64,000 bases of DNA from Mytilus edulis (taxonomy: Eukaryota): the NCBI RefSeq assembly GCF_963676685.1, contig NC_092352.1, positions 18,972,001-19,036,000 on the forward strand, read 5' to 3'. Shown here piece by piece: positions 38,201 through 50,220 of the stretch. How positions within the stretch are numbered: position 1 is the stretch's first letter; every line of letters begins with the position of its first letter. The notes under the pieces were generated by a model. It had not been told where the DNA came from. It was given only the letters and a program-made list of their open reading frames with translations, and ran no database searches. The translations under genes were made by a program, and so were the position numbers.

Positions 38201-40834
38201 CATGCTTCAAAGACTCATAAAAAATATAACTGCTACAGAAGTCATCTCATAAAATTTCAAGTGGATATGAACATCTACTTAATATGTCTAAAGATCTAAA
38301 AGGTTATAGTATTCAATATGAAAAAGGTATTGCAAAAATATTCTCTTTTCAATTCATTTTTGTGATATGGATAAAAAATATAGGTAATACCAATACAGTA
38401 AGGCAGTTTTGTTGTGGTATGAAAGTGTATTTTAGTAATTGATAATTGCTGTTAATTCACAAAAATTAAGAAATAAACAAATGAATGATAAATGTTGAAC
38501 ATGTACAATGAAATATAGTTTTAGAATTCAATTAGGCCAAATAGGCCTTATAAATTTTTAATTTTTTTTAACATACTGGATGACCATTTACACTCAGGAC
38601 TAAGGTGTCATGTAGGCAGTATAGATGTATAAAATAAAGTGTAACATAACAATCAGGCTTCATATTGCTAGTAGCTAGAGTAGCGTTGTTTGGTAATTTT
38701 TTTTTTTTTATAAATTTGGCTAATGGACAAAAATGTTTGATTCAAATCTAAATAAAATGCTATTATCTCCCTATTACTTACATTGTACATAAAATGGATA
38801 CAACTTTGATAATTCCTTGTACATGAGAGTTGTCTGTCAAATCTTTATTTCCCAATGAATGAATTGCATAACAATGAACTGAGCTCAAAACAAAGCACTT
38901 TCATAATACACTGGACAAAGAGCTCAATCCAGTGATATACTTTGTACTACGTATATACAGGTCCTTTATATCCATCCATCGACCAAAACCATATCTCAAT
39001 TACCATGCCATACTACATATACATGATTGGATCAGAAGTCCTGAAGTGAAAGACATGAATTTTATTATTGTATTTTAAGTACAAATACCGGTTCAAACTT
39101 TCACAAATTTGTGGTAAAAGCATTCAGCATCTATCAAATATCAATCACTTCATGCACACATTGATATAGATTGAGTGCCCCTCTATTGGAAATAAGAACA
39201 TATCTCCACCTAATTTTAGTTAACTGATGAAGGAACATTCAAAACTATAAAATTTTATCTTAGACATGTGAGTTTCTATTTACCATCACCACTGAATCAA
39301 TAATATATGTAAACATACATGTATATAAGAGTAAAATTGACAAACATATATAAGACTAAAACTGACATTCGGGCTTTACTCCATCTTCATTTCTCAAGTC
39401 CATGTTCAAATCTGACTTCATGAAACCTAAATTTTAAACGATATATTCTAAATATTGTTAATACATTTCATAATAATTCTTCTCAAAACTTAATATAACA
39501 ACTATTCCTTAAAATTTAAATAAAATGGATGCAAGAAATTAAAAGTCATCCATAGGCATTCTACTTTAAATAACCAGCTGGACCATGAGTGCTTGATAAG
39601 CTTGTCACATGTACTAAGAATAAAATTACTTCTCAATGTCATATTAGAAATTGTTGAAAATCAAACAGGGATTTTACATCAATAGATATAAACAATGCAC
39701 CAAAGTTTAATGAGAATTGTTGATAACATTATCAGAAACTTGAAAATTCCCCCTTTTTAATATATTAAACCACCATAACTTGGAAATGTAAAATTTGTAA
39801 GATTCTATCTAAAGGCAGCAGCTCACATCACTAGATATCAACAATTCACCAATGTTTCAAGAGAACTGCTGAAAGCATTTTTGATTTAAAGTTTGAAAAC
39901 TGGAATATTCCCCTTTTTTTAGAACTCGGAAACATAAATTCTAAAATTAGTAAAATAAAAACGAAAGGGAGTCCACGTCGATAGATATAAACAATTCACC
40001 AAAGTTTTATGCAGTTTTATCAAAGCCTTTTAAAGTTAATGTCTGACATGTTTACAACGGACGGACAGACAGACTGACAACAGTATTCCATTATACATCC
40101 TGTAAACAGGCCTATACAAATGAGAAAACCTTATACTGTATATTCTGCTGTAGAAGAGCCCAACATGTTCATATTGGGATACTGTTAATATATCATGTAT
40201 ATTGATATAAAGATTAGAGATTTATAAAAAAGAACTTTCATGGCATCAAAACTATAAGTATTTGCATTTGTTCTGTTGATTAATAGCTATAGTGGTACAT
40301 GTACATGAGGACTGGGATGAAATCAATTATAAATGTATACATGTATAGTTCAATTCTGATCAATTGTTTCATGGTAAAAAAAGTTAAAAAAATAAAACCA
40401 GTAGTTCTATAAATGACATAATAGCAAATTTTACAAACTGAATATTTAAACAAATAGTAACGTTGACATCAAAAATACATATAGATTTTAAATGGGAGCT
40501 CATATTACCCAATTTACTTATATTCAATGAAAACAATTATTAACATTTGTATACTAACGAATATTATCTGAATACATAAAAGGGAGATTAACTGTCAAAT
40601 TCATTTTTCACCGATTTAACTCAAATTCTCATATTTGATTTATAATATACTAAAACGTATATCCAAATGACGACATACGTCTGAGTCAGTGACAACTCTA
40701 CAACAGATGTATTCATCGGATCGCCATCAATGATGGTGATACATGGCTGTGTACATAATGTATATACAACTCGTCTAAACATCAACCCAACAATGTTAGA
40801 TCTGTAAATTTGCTTTCGCAATATATATATTATG

Positions 40835-42600
40835 TATATACATTATGTACACAGCCATGTATCACCATCATTGATGGCGATCCGATGGATACATCTGTTG
40901 TAGGGTTGTCACTGACTCAGACGTACTTATGAATATAATTATTTTCTGTGACTGTATCTTACATTAATTTGTAGGATCCTTTACTATAGATAATTTAGCT
41001 GATCTGTAACAATAACATCTTCATGCCTTATATATCATGTACTGTAGTACGCCGCTAGATTAAAACTGACGTGGAAAGGTAACATATGGCCACCGAAAGC
41101 TCTTTATTGAGAGCCCAGGTGGTCGTGTGGTCTAGCGGGACGGCTGCAGTGCAGGCGATTTGGTGTCACGATATCACAGTAGCATGGGTTCGAATCCCGG
41201 CGAGGGAAGAACCAAAAATTTGCGAAAGCAAATTTACAGATCTAACATTGTTGGGTTGATGTTTAGACGAGTTGTATATACATTATGTACACAGCCATGT
41301 ATCACCATCATTGATGGCGATCCGATGGATACATCTGTTGTAGGGTTGTCACTGACTCAGACGTACTTATGAATATAATTATTTTCTGTGACTGTATCTT
41401 ACATTAATTTGTAGGATCCTTTACTATAGATAATTTAGCTGATCTGTAACAATAACATCTTCATGCCTTATATATCATGTACTGTAGTACGCCGCTAGAT
41501 TAAAACTGACGTGGAAAGGTAACATATGGCCACCGAAAGCTCTTTATTGAGAGCCCAGGTGGTCGTGTGGTCTAGCGGGACGGCTGCAGTGCAGGCGATT
41601 TGGTGTCACGATATCACAGTAGCATGGGTTCGAATCCCGGCGAGGGAAGAACCAAAAATTTGCGAAAGCAAATTTACAGATCTAACATTGTTGGGTTGAT
41701 GTTTAGACGAGTTGTATATACATTATGTACACAGCCATGTATCACCATCATTGATGGCGATCCGATGGATACATCTGTTGTAGGGTTGTCACTGACTCAG
41801 ACGTACTTATGAATATAATTATTTTCTGTGACTGTATCTTACATTAATTTGTAGGATCCTTTACTATAGATAATTTAGCTGATCTGTAACAATAACATCT
41901 TCATGCCTCATATATCATGTACTGTAGTACGCCGCTAGATTAAAACTGACGTGGAAAGGTAACATATGGCCACCGAAAGCTCTTTATTGAGAGCCCAGGT
42001 GGTCGTGTGGTCTAGCGGGACGGCTGCAGTGCAGGCGATTTGGTGTCACGATATCACAGTAGCATGGGTTCGAATCCCGGCGAGGGAAGAACCAAAAATT
42101 TGCGAAAGCAAATTTACAGATCTAACATTGTTGGGTTGATGTTTAGACGAGTTGTATATACATTATGTACACAGCCATGTATCACCATCATTGATGGCGA
42201 TCCGATGGATACATCTGTTGTAGGGTTGTCACTGACTCAGACGTACTTATGAATATAATTATTTTCTGTGACTGTATCTTACATTAATTTGTAGGATCCT
42301 TTACTATAGATAATTTAGCTGATCTGTAACAATAACATCTTCATGCCTTATATATCATGTACTGTAGTACGCCGCTAGATTAAAACTGACGTGGAAAGGT
42401 AACATATGGCCACCGAAAGCTCTTTATTGAGAGCCCAGGTGGTCGTGTGGTCTAGCGGGACGGCTGCAGTGCAGGCGATTTGGTGTCACGATATCACAGT
42501 AGCATGGGTTCGAATCCCGGCGAGGGAAGAACCAAAAATTTGCGAAAGCAAATTTACAGATCTAACATTGTTGGGTTGATGTTTAGACGAGTTGTATATA
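40835..42600 (+). repeat. 4 x 440-bp head-to-tail array with a tRNA-like Pol III head in each unit, preceded by an inverted 150-bp piece (40674-40822)
   Basis: Units start at 40835, 41275, 41715 and 42155, with one visible difference (41909). A-box TGGTCGTGTGG at 41120 and B-box GGTTCGAATCC at 41187. Flanked by (TA)n. Absent from copy A. Confidence 0.92.
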
Positions 42601-42804
42601 TATATATATATCCGAATTTCGTGTGTATTTTAGTCGAGCCATCTAATTCAGCATCGATGTGACCTCCGAAGACTGCAGACGGTCACATAACCCGATATAA
42701 ACATAAACATAACCATAAATAGATAGCGACCTCGTGCGATTTAGGTATACAAGTCTAAATTGAAAACAACGTTAAAACCTATGATTGCGTTGGATAAAAA
42801 CCGC

Positions 42805-42909
42805 AAGTTAACAGTTCCATTCTATCGATTTCATCCTACCATTGGGACTCTTCACTATAACTGTAGTCCCAATGGAAGGATGAACTTGATAGAATGGAAC
42901 TGTTAACTT
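42805..42909. mobile_element. ~105-bp hairpin/foldback MITE
   Basis: AAGTTAACAGTTCCATTCTATC...GATAGAATGGAACTGTTAACTT, almost entirely palindromic. Confidence 0.7.
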
Positions 42910-43364
42910 TTTACTTATTTTACTCTTTTATTTAATGAATATATATATATCTACACATGTGAGAATTATTTTTTACGTCTATAAATATATATATATAGCA
43001 CTGGTTTGAGTTAAGGTAGATTCATGGTATACCGCCATCTTGGATTGTAACATCGCAGTACAAAATCGGTCTAGTTATTTACCTAAATCTGCAAATTTGG
43101 AGACCTATCTTCTGATAAAAAATTCTGTCTCAATTTTTTTTTTATAATTTGCCAAAATGAAGATTTTATTATACTCTTTTCAAAAATGTAATAAAAAGCA
43201 TGGGTCACCGTGCTATTTTTCAAGCTATGAGTCATTGAAAATTGCCAAAATCTGGTAAGTTTGTTCATGAAAAAAACACATTAGTGTGCATAAAAAAAAA
43301 TCTATGAGATAGAATTTTAAAATAAATTGTCAGAAGATAGGTTTTATTATATGTTTTAAGAAAA

Positions 43365-43707
43365 TACCCAATTTCACCATTTTCCCGCCAAACTTTTAGG
43401 TTTCAGGTCAATTATTTTTTTTCTATATCGGTGACCTATGTTTTTATTTGCTCATTCTTTGAAGCAATAAGTTTCTATCAGAAGTGCGGTATTTTTTGTT
43501 ATTTTAATCTTTATAGAGAGTGAATCAAATTGATCGAAAAGAAATAGGGGGTCCCGGACCATATCAGCTCAAAATATTACTTTTAAAGATGTATGTAAAA
43601 GGGATCTTTTTTCAATGAAATGATAGGGAAAATAGAGGTGTTGATGTATTTTTATAGAAATATAAAAAAAAAAAAAACATTTGGCAGGAAAATGGTGAAA
43701 TTGGGTA
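43365..43707. mobile_element. MITE with 28-bp TIRs and TA ends
   Basis: TACCCAATTTCACCATTTTCCCGCCAAA / TTTGGCAGGAAAATGGTGAAATTGGGTA. Confidence 0.8.
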
Positions 43708-44824
43708 AACTGTCATTTTGAGTCTTTCCAGATACACATAACAATAATAATTTGTTAAGGACAAAAGTTCTATAATTTAACATTTTTAATCAATCAAAAA
43801 TTAAAAACAAATAAAAGTGAAATTACAACACAAACTTTTCGTGCGCATGCGTGAAAGTATGCGCAGTTGAATAGTCCCGAGCCATTACTGAGGGGGCCCC
43901 ATTACTAAACCAAATCTAACACAAGTTGGCCGAACATTTTACTGCAAACAACTCATATATTTAGACAATTACAGGGTACATCACGATATAGGAAATTTCT
44001 TAAGAATAAACACTGTTAAAATACACCTCAAGCAGGAGAAATAATATAAATTTACTACCTTCACACATCACGCCAGACAAACTGTGTAAATATAATGGAT
44101 AGGAGAGGATATGAAATCACTACAAGCTCATGAATAAACAAAAAGTATAAAAACAAGGCACATCTTTATTTCTTTTCTTAATCTAAAAGACACAGTGAGT
44201 TTTTGTCCTTGTATTGGTTTCATACTTCTGAGAACTTACGATTCGATATTTAGCAATGTCCGATTTAAATGACTCTTTTTGTTCCATATACATATATCAA
44301 ATCTCAAAGGGTAGGAAATGAACTATTCAAAGCGCTCTATTTATACAACAAACATTCTAAGTCACATCTTTTTATAGGTACCTGTTCACTGAAGACATCT
44401 GTGTTTTTAATCTATGGTAAAAGACACACAGGTTAAAGCTTAAAAAAACACGTTGACACTTTAAGGGAAAATGAGGAGTGAACAGAGAGAGTCCAATTTG
44501 TCTGACATATTCAAGCAATTTTCCTAAAGATATACACACAAGTTAAAGACAATAATTGATCAGTACACAAGAATGAACATTTGTGCTAAAAAATACATTT
44601 CACCCTACAAAAAAGGCAATTTTGAGGCATAAACAGGTCAAAGCGTTTTTTACTTTTAAATAGTTTATTGAATACACTGCTTTGATATTACAAATACAAC
44701 TTGTATATAAAATATATGTAAAATCAGCAATATAATATAAATATTTCAAACGCAACACGTACACAAATGAAATGGATATAGATACTTTTCAGTCAAATTT
44801 GTAAGCAACGGCAGATCAGAATGT

Positions 44825-44902
44825 TTATAACAGTTTTGCCAGTGCCTCTCCTACAGGCGTTGCTGAGGCAGGATTTTGTCCAGTGATGAGGCGACCGTCA
44901 AC
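44825..44902 (-). CDS. DJ-1/PfpI Hsp31-like, copy B, last exon
   Basis: TTTCAG|VDGRLITGQNPASATPVGEALAKLL*. Confidence 0.92.
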   Translation of the reverse strand, partial: VDGRLITGQNPASATPVGEALAKLL

Positions 44903-45015
44903 CTGAAACATAAATGTTTGATAAAGTAAATTCAACACATTATTTCAACATGATTCTAAACTGATGAAGGAAAAATTAAGGCTTCATATTTGTAATCTAA
45001 ACAATTCCAATCTTA

Positions 45016-45174
45016 TAGGATTAAACATTTTTTAAAGGAATTTACTGGTGTATAAAATCGACCAATTCACTCACAAACAAATAAAAGCCTGAAGGACTTT
45101 TATGATATGTTTGTGAGTGACTTGGTCCAGTTTATACACCAATAAATTCCTTTCAAAAGGCGTTTAATCCTTAT
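45016..45174. mobile_element. Foldback MITE shared by both paralogs (copy A 23455-23598, right end truncated)
   Basis: AGGATTAAAC...GGAATTTA.TGGTGTATAAA / TTTATACACCAATAAATTCC...GTTTAATCCT inverted arms. Confidence 0.7.
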
Positions 45175-45903
45175 AATCTTTTATAATTAGAGATAAGGAA
45201 TATATTTTCCCTACTCGTAAACTCTATCACACGTAAGTTGTATATTTGTGTCATTGTCATATATTTGTTGGTTAACACAAAAATATGATCTCTATGAAAT
45301 GTCCTACTAGTATCTGATAAAAAATAAACTACAAAAACTCGTATTATCATCCAAATAAATATTTTGTGTTTATTATTTGATTTCACGAGTATCGTGAAGT
45401 GAAAATAAATTTTCTTAACGTTGATGTTATTATCGCCGCAACATTGGTAACTAAAAGAAGTGCGGTCAACGTCGTCAATCGAAAAATAAACAACGTTAAG
45501 ATCAACTACCGGAAGTCCTCTCGACCAATCATATCAACGGATTCCCTAATATGCAAATTTGTAAGAATTATAACAGTTTATATTCCTTTCTTAGAGTTTT
45601 ATAGTATACGTGTGGAAAATATCTTCTCACTTGCATCAAATATAAGGATTGTAAAGACCAATCTAAACCAGAAACAAAGACCTATATCGTCTCATATATT
45701 AAAACGATAGATGTGCTCTAATATGTCTGATTAGATTTACTTTTGACAAGATATACTTTTACTTTATACCATTTAGCCATAAACATTTGTTCATTTTTTC
45801 TTTGTTTTTATGTTATTGAAGTATACACATATCCCAGGATTATTCCGAACTTTCTTTCAACAATTGAAATCTAAAATCGTGATGATTGTAGTACAATACC
45901 AAC

Positions 45904-46088
45904 CTGGACATTTGGTTTCCACATGTCAACTGCTACAAAAGTTCCACCGAGTTCTTTAAGTTTAGTTTCTAAAGGAAATGGCATGACTGACGTCAGTTGT
46001 ACGCCGTCTTCTTCTTCGTTTGTGAATGCTGTTACTTTCTTGCCCTTTATTAAATGGTCACCATTGGAGAGTTTCAATGGAACTAGTC
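45904..46088 (-). CDS. DJ-1/PfpI Hsp31-like, copy B, coding exon 4
   Basis: 185 nt, ...KKVTAFTNEEE...VAVDMWKPNVQ. Confidence 0.92.
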
Positions 46089-46189
46089 CTAAAATACACA
46101 AAATTTCTATTTACACAAACTGAAAACTTTGTGCAACTTTAAACTGAATCCTAGGGCCCGATAAAAAATTGAGAAAAAATGCAATATAA

Positions 46190-46360
46190 AAAGTAAAATC
46201 ACAAAAATACTGAACTTAGAGGAAGATCAATTGGGAAAGTCCATAATCACATGGCAAAATCAAATAACAAAACGCATCAAAAACGAATGGACAAGAACTG
46301 TCATATTCCTGACTTGGTACAGGCATTTTCAAATGTAGAAAATGGTGGATTAAACCTGGT
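46190..46360. mobile_element. ~170-bp insertion in copy B intron 3
   Basis: Absent at the paralogous position 29180-29195. Family not determined. Confidence 0.55.
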
Positions 46361-46920
46361 TAAACATAAAAGACATATTTTGCATGAAATGCCACTAATT
46401 TATTTTAAAATTTGAGAATAGAAAGCATGCTTCCGCAAGATTAAAATAACACGACTATCTAGTAACCAAATCATGAATTCCATGTCCCAGTAACACTAAA
46501 TATACATAACCTGTGTAATGTGTACATCTGTTTATGTCCTATTTGGTCATTTAGCTCCTAACATTTCAGCGTACCTACGTATCCCTGGATTTTAAATGAT
46601 TACGTTTGAGCGTTCAAGACGTAGATTAATAATAAACAGCTTGCGCTTCGGACGCGTGAAATTCATAAAGTGTTTATTTGAAGCTGGTTTGGTCAACAAG
46701 AGTTTGTTTAACGTTTAACAGCTTGATTAAGATCCAAAACAATTAGCTTCATTTTTTAGCTTCATCTTTATACATAATTTCGAAGTTGTCTTGATATCAT
46801 AATTCTCTAATACCATCACGACTCATCATTATAAATCGTTAGATTTAAATTATGAGAGATGCTTTTAAAATGAAACGAAAGTTCTTAATAAAACTACTAT
46901 GATAAAAAAAATATACCTAC

Positions 46921-47057
46921 CAACTGGTCCGTGACATACGGCACTGACAATTCCTCCGTTTTCATAAATACCCACACCTATTTTTGCTATCTCCTGGTTT
47001 TCAGGTAGATCAAACATAGGACCATGTCCTCCAGCATAAAATATAGCTTTAAAGTCA
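46921..47057 (-). CDS. DJ-1/PfpI Hsp31-like, copy B, coding exon 3
   Basis: 137 nt with GGHGPMFD and VCHGP motifs. Only synonymous differences from copy A. Confidence 0.93.
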
Positions 47058-47185
47058 CTGCAAATAAAGACCAAGACATCTTCCTTTTTTATATGGTTAT
47101 AAAAAAAACGTATAGATTGTAAAAGTTGCTTCCAGTATGTATGATTGAATAATTCCTTAGAAAAATGCCTCTAAATACCAGAATA

Positions 47186-48130
47186 AAAGAGGGACGAAAG
47201 ATAACAAAGGGACAGTCAAACTCATAAATCTAAAACAAACTGACAACGCCATGGCTAAAAATGAAAAAGACAAACAGAAAAACAATAGTACACATGACAC
47301 AACATAGAAAACTAAAGAATAAACAACACGAACCCCACCAAAAACTAGGGGTGATCTCAGGTGCTCCGGAAGGGTAAGCAGATCCTGCTCCACATGTGGC
47401 ACCCGTCGTGTTGCTTATGTGATTACAAATCCGGTAAATAGTCTAATTCGGTAGGTCACATTCATGAAAGGGAAGGAGATTGTAGTTACGACGTAAGGAA
47501 CATATCCGATATCATTTGTGAAACGGTTATTCCATAACGGTCAACTAACTCGTGATGGCGTCCGTAAAATTTACGAAGGGATGATTTCAACTTCACCATT
47601 TGGAACTCTTGGTTTAATAGCTTCCTTGTGAGCAGTAACCCTCTATCAAGAAAATCATGATAGGAAATGCAAGCACGGGAATATCGTATCAATTGGGAGA
47701 TATATACCCCGTATGCAGGTGCTGCTGGAATGTTGCTACTTAGAAATGGAAAGTTCACAATTGGAAAGCTGAAATCATCTCTTTTTTCGTAAAGTTTTGT
47801 TTTCAACCGACCCTCATTGTCAATTTCTAGATGTAAGTCAAGATATGAAGCCGACTTAACTGTATCTGTAGTATCCTTTATCTCCAATTCGATGGGATAG
47901 ATGCGTTCCACATAGTCACCAAATTTTGAATTGTTTTGTGAAAGAACGTCATCTATATAGCGGAAAGAAGAGTTAAAGGATATTGCTAACTTCTTATCTT
48001 TCTTCCTAAGAAGTTCCTGCATGAAGTCAGCCTCATAATAATAAAGAAACAAGTTGGCAAGTAGAGGGGCACAGTTTGTTCCCATTGGGATGCCGACAGT
48101 CTGTTGAAAAACACGTCCTCCGAACGTTAC
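47186..48130 (-). mobile_element. 5'-truncated Penelope-like retroelement (RT C-terminal half plus 3' UTR)
   Basis: ORF with QQTVGIPMGTNCAPLLANLFL, FRYIDDVL, SYLDL and KRDDFSFPIVNFPFLSSNIP...GVYISQLIRYSRAC (PLE-type RT and thumb). Stop at 47486. Absent from copy A. The same 3' end recurs at 50071-50220. Confidence 0.85.
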
Positions 48131-48505
48131 AACATGAATAACACCGAAAAGTATTCCCCCTTGAAACAATTTCTATAAATACACTTCATGTTGAACCCCT
48201 CTGTTGACACAAACATATACATAAACGAAAGTTTTGTCCATTGTAATTGTTAATAACTTTTGACAAGATTTATAGTTTTGCACAAGTTGTTTTTGGATGA
48301 TAACTCTTGCACCCCATTATGAATTATATCATATTTACATAGATAGGATACACAATACTGGTAATAGTAAAGTTTTTACCTATTTTTGTCTCTTGTAGCG
48401 TACTATTTCGAACCATTGAAATAAAGTGGTGTCACGCCCATGCGCTCACTTTTGTTTCCCACTAACAAGTAGTGCCCTTCGATCCTCTTACTAAACAATG
48501 ATTAC

Positions 48506-48621
48506 CTTGCTTTAATTTCCGAGGGCTTGCGTGTGTTATCAATTGCGGCCATTGCCTCTTTGTTTGCTAGAAGATCCTTACAGATTTGGTCATCTTTAAA
48601 GGCTTCGCCACTACCTGGATC
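48506..48621 (-). CDS. DJ-1/PfpI Hsp31-like, copy B, coding exon 2
   Basis: 116 nt, DPGSGEAFKDD...EAMAAIDNTRKPSEIKA, AG/GT intact. Confidence 0.9.
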
Positions 48622-49699
48622 CTGCAACAGAAAATACGAAACGTACACTCTTTATGTGTGGTTTTGAGTACACAATATACTGTTTTCATATTATTGACTT
48701 TGCACTCCGGTGTAAAAAAAAATCGACTAGTTAGCTACTTTGTTGTATGATATTCTATTACTCGGTTAAGTTAGAGCGACGAACACAAGTAAAATCAAGA
48801 TTATAATCGATGTAACTTAGAGAAAAATTTACTGAGTACCAGAATATTCTACCCACGAAAAAGACGATAATATGTAAATAGTCTAACTTCTATGTAATTT
48901 CGAGACCGTGTAAAAAGGTCAGTATCCAGACAACATCAACATACAACTTTCGAGTTCGATGCATTTCCGTCAAAAACTTTGGTTTCAGTGAACATAATTA
49001 GCGCGTTTAGGGGCGTCGTCACTTCCGTTGCAATGTTGAGCAAGTGGTTGGAAAACTATAAAGCTATATTGCACGAATTTGTCGGCAAATTGATTCTCAT
49101 AATTGTCTTTCAGTACTGCTGTCATCAGGGAAGTGTGATCAAGTACCTAAAGAACAAATTTTAGTTCTAGTTGATGCTGCACAATGACGAGGAACGTTTA
49201 TATTCGAAATTGTTAGTGTATATAGTCAGGCGATCCTCTATATCTGGTAAATGACGTCATAAAGGCGTGCATAATTGACGAGTTTTTGCCGGTGACGGAC
49301 AAACTGGAAAATGGTCTAAACAATTAGCGATGTATGAAAGCAGCAAAGTAACCTGTCATTCGCCAGTGACTGAAATCATCAAAGTTACCAGGCTTATAAT
49401 TTAAAATGCAAGACGCGCGTTTTTAAGACTCATAAGTGGTGATGATTAAAACAGTTTGAAGGCTAAATTGATGGTAGTTAAGAGCATTGTAAACAAAACA
49501 AAATCGACATACATGTTGTAGCTTAAATTGGATGGGGTAGGGAAAAATCTGTTATGGTTTCGAATAATTATTTATTCTTAATTTTGTAACAATGCAACAA
49601 TGTACGCATCAAAGATACCTGATGTAAGCACCAACATCTAAAACAAATGAAATGATTGTGTTTTATGAATATCTGAATATATATATATATATATATTAC

Positions 49700-49864
49700 C
49701 ATTGGCGCTTTCCCTCCTTTTGGACTTACGAATGTGATTGCATGTCCCTTTGCTTTTAGTACGTGGTAAGGATGAGCTACCTCCGGTAAATACCAACCGG
49801 TCTTGTGGTCCGTAACTCCCAATTTATCATGACTGGTTAGAACAAATAACACTTTGGCTGGCAT
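49700..49864 (-). CDS. DJ-1/PfpI Hsp31-like glyoxalase III, copy B, coding exon 1
   Basis: MPAKVLFVLTSHDKLGVTDHKTGWYLPEVAHPYHVLKAKGHAITFVSPKGGKAPM, same boundaries as copy A. Confidence 0.92.
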
Positions 49865-50070
49865 TTTCACTAATAATAAAAAGAAAATATAATGACTGAT
49901 ATTGTTTTCCTGTGGATATCTAATTTGAGTTTTGAATCGAAAATATTAAAAGAATACCAAGGTGACAGTATAATATCATAATTCAGGCAAAAAAACAAAA
50001 CGAAAAAAAGAACGAACTAACTAATAACAATTGACAAACCTTAAACAATCGGAGCTAACACACAACTAGA

Positions 50071-50220
50071 AAAGAGAGGGACAAAAGATACCAAAGGGAC
50101 AGTCAAACTCATAAATCTAAAACAAACTGACAACGCCATGGCTAAAAATGAAAAAGACAAACAAACAACAGCACACACGACACAACATAGAAAACTAAAT
50201 AATAAACAACACGAACCCCA
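50071..50220 (-). mobile_element. 3'-terminal fragment of the same Penelope-like family
   Basis: Near-identical to 47186-47338. Absent at the paralogous site ~31055. Confidence 0.8.

Noticed and set aside
41113-41207. tRNA gene(s) in the 440-bp units
   Set aside because: A and B boxes are present, but there is no proper acceptor stem and the middle region is oversized. It is tRNA-derived, not a functional tRNA.
41160-42662. Repeated 70-aa ORFs (MVSRYHSS...)
   Set aside because: TTG start, produced by the tandem unit, no recognisable domain.
48131-48169. N-terminus of the 227-aa RT ORF (MFQGGILFGVIHV)
   Set aside because: It derives from flanking intron sequence fused to a 5'-truncated element and is not a real gene start.
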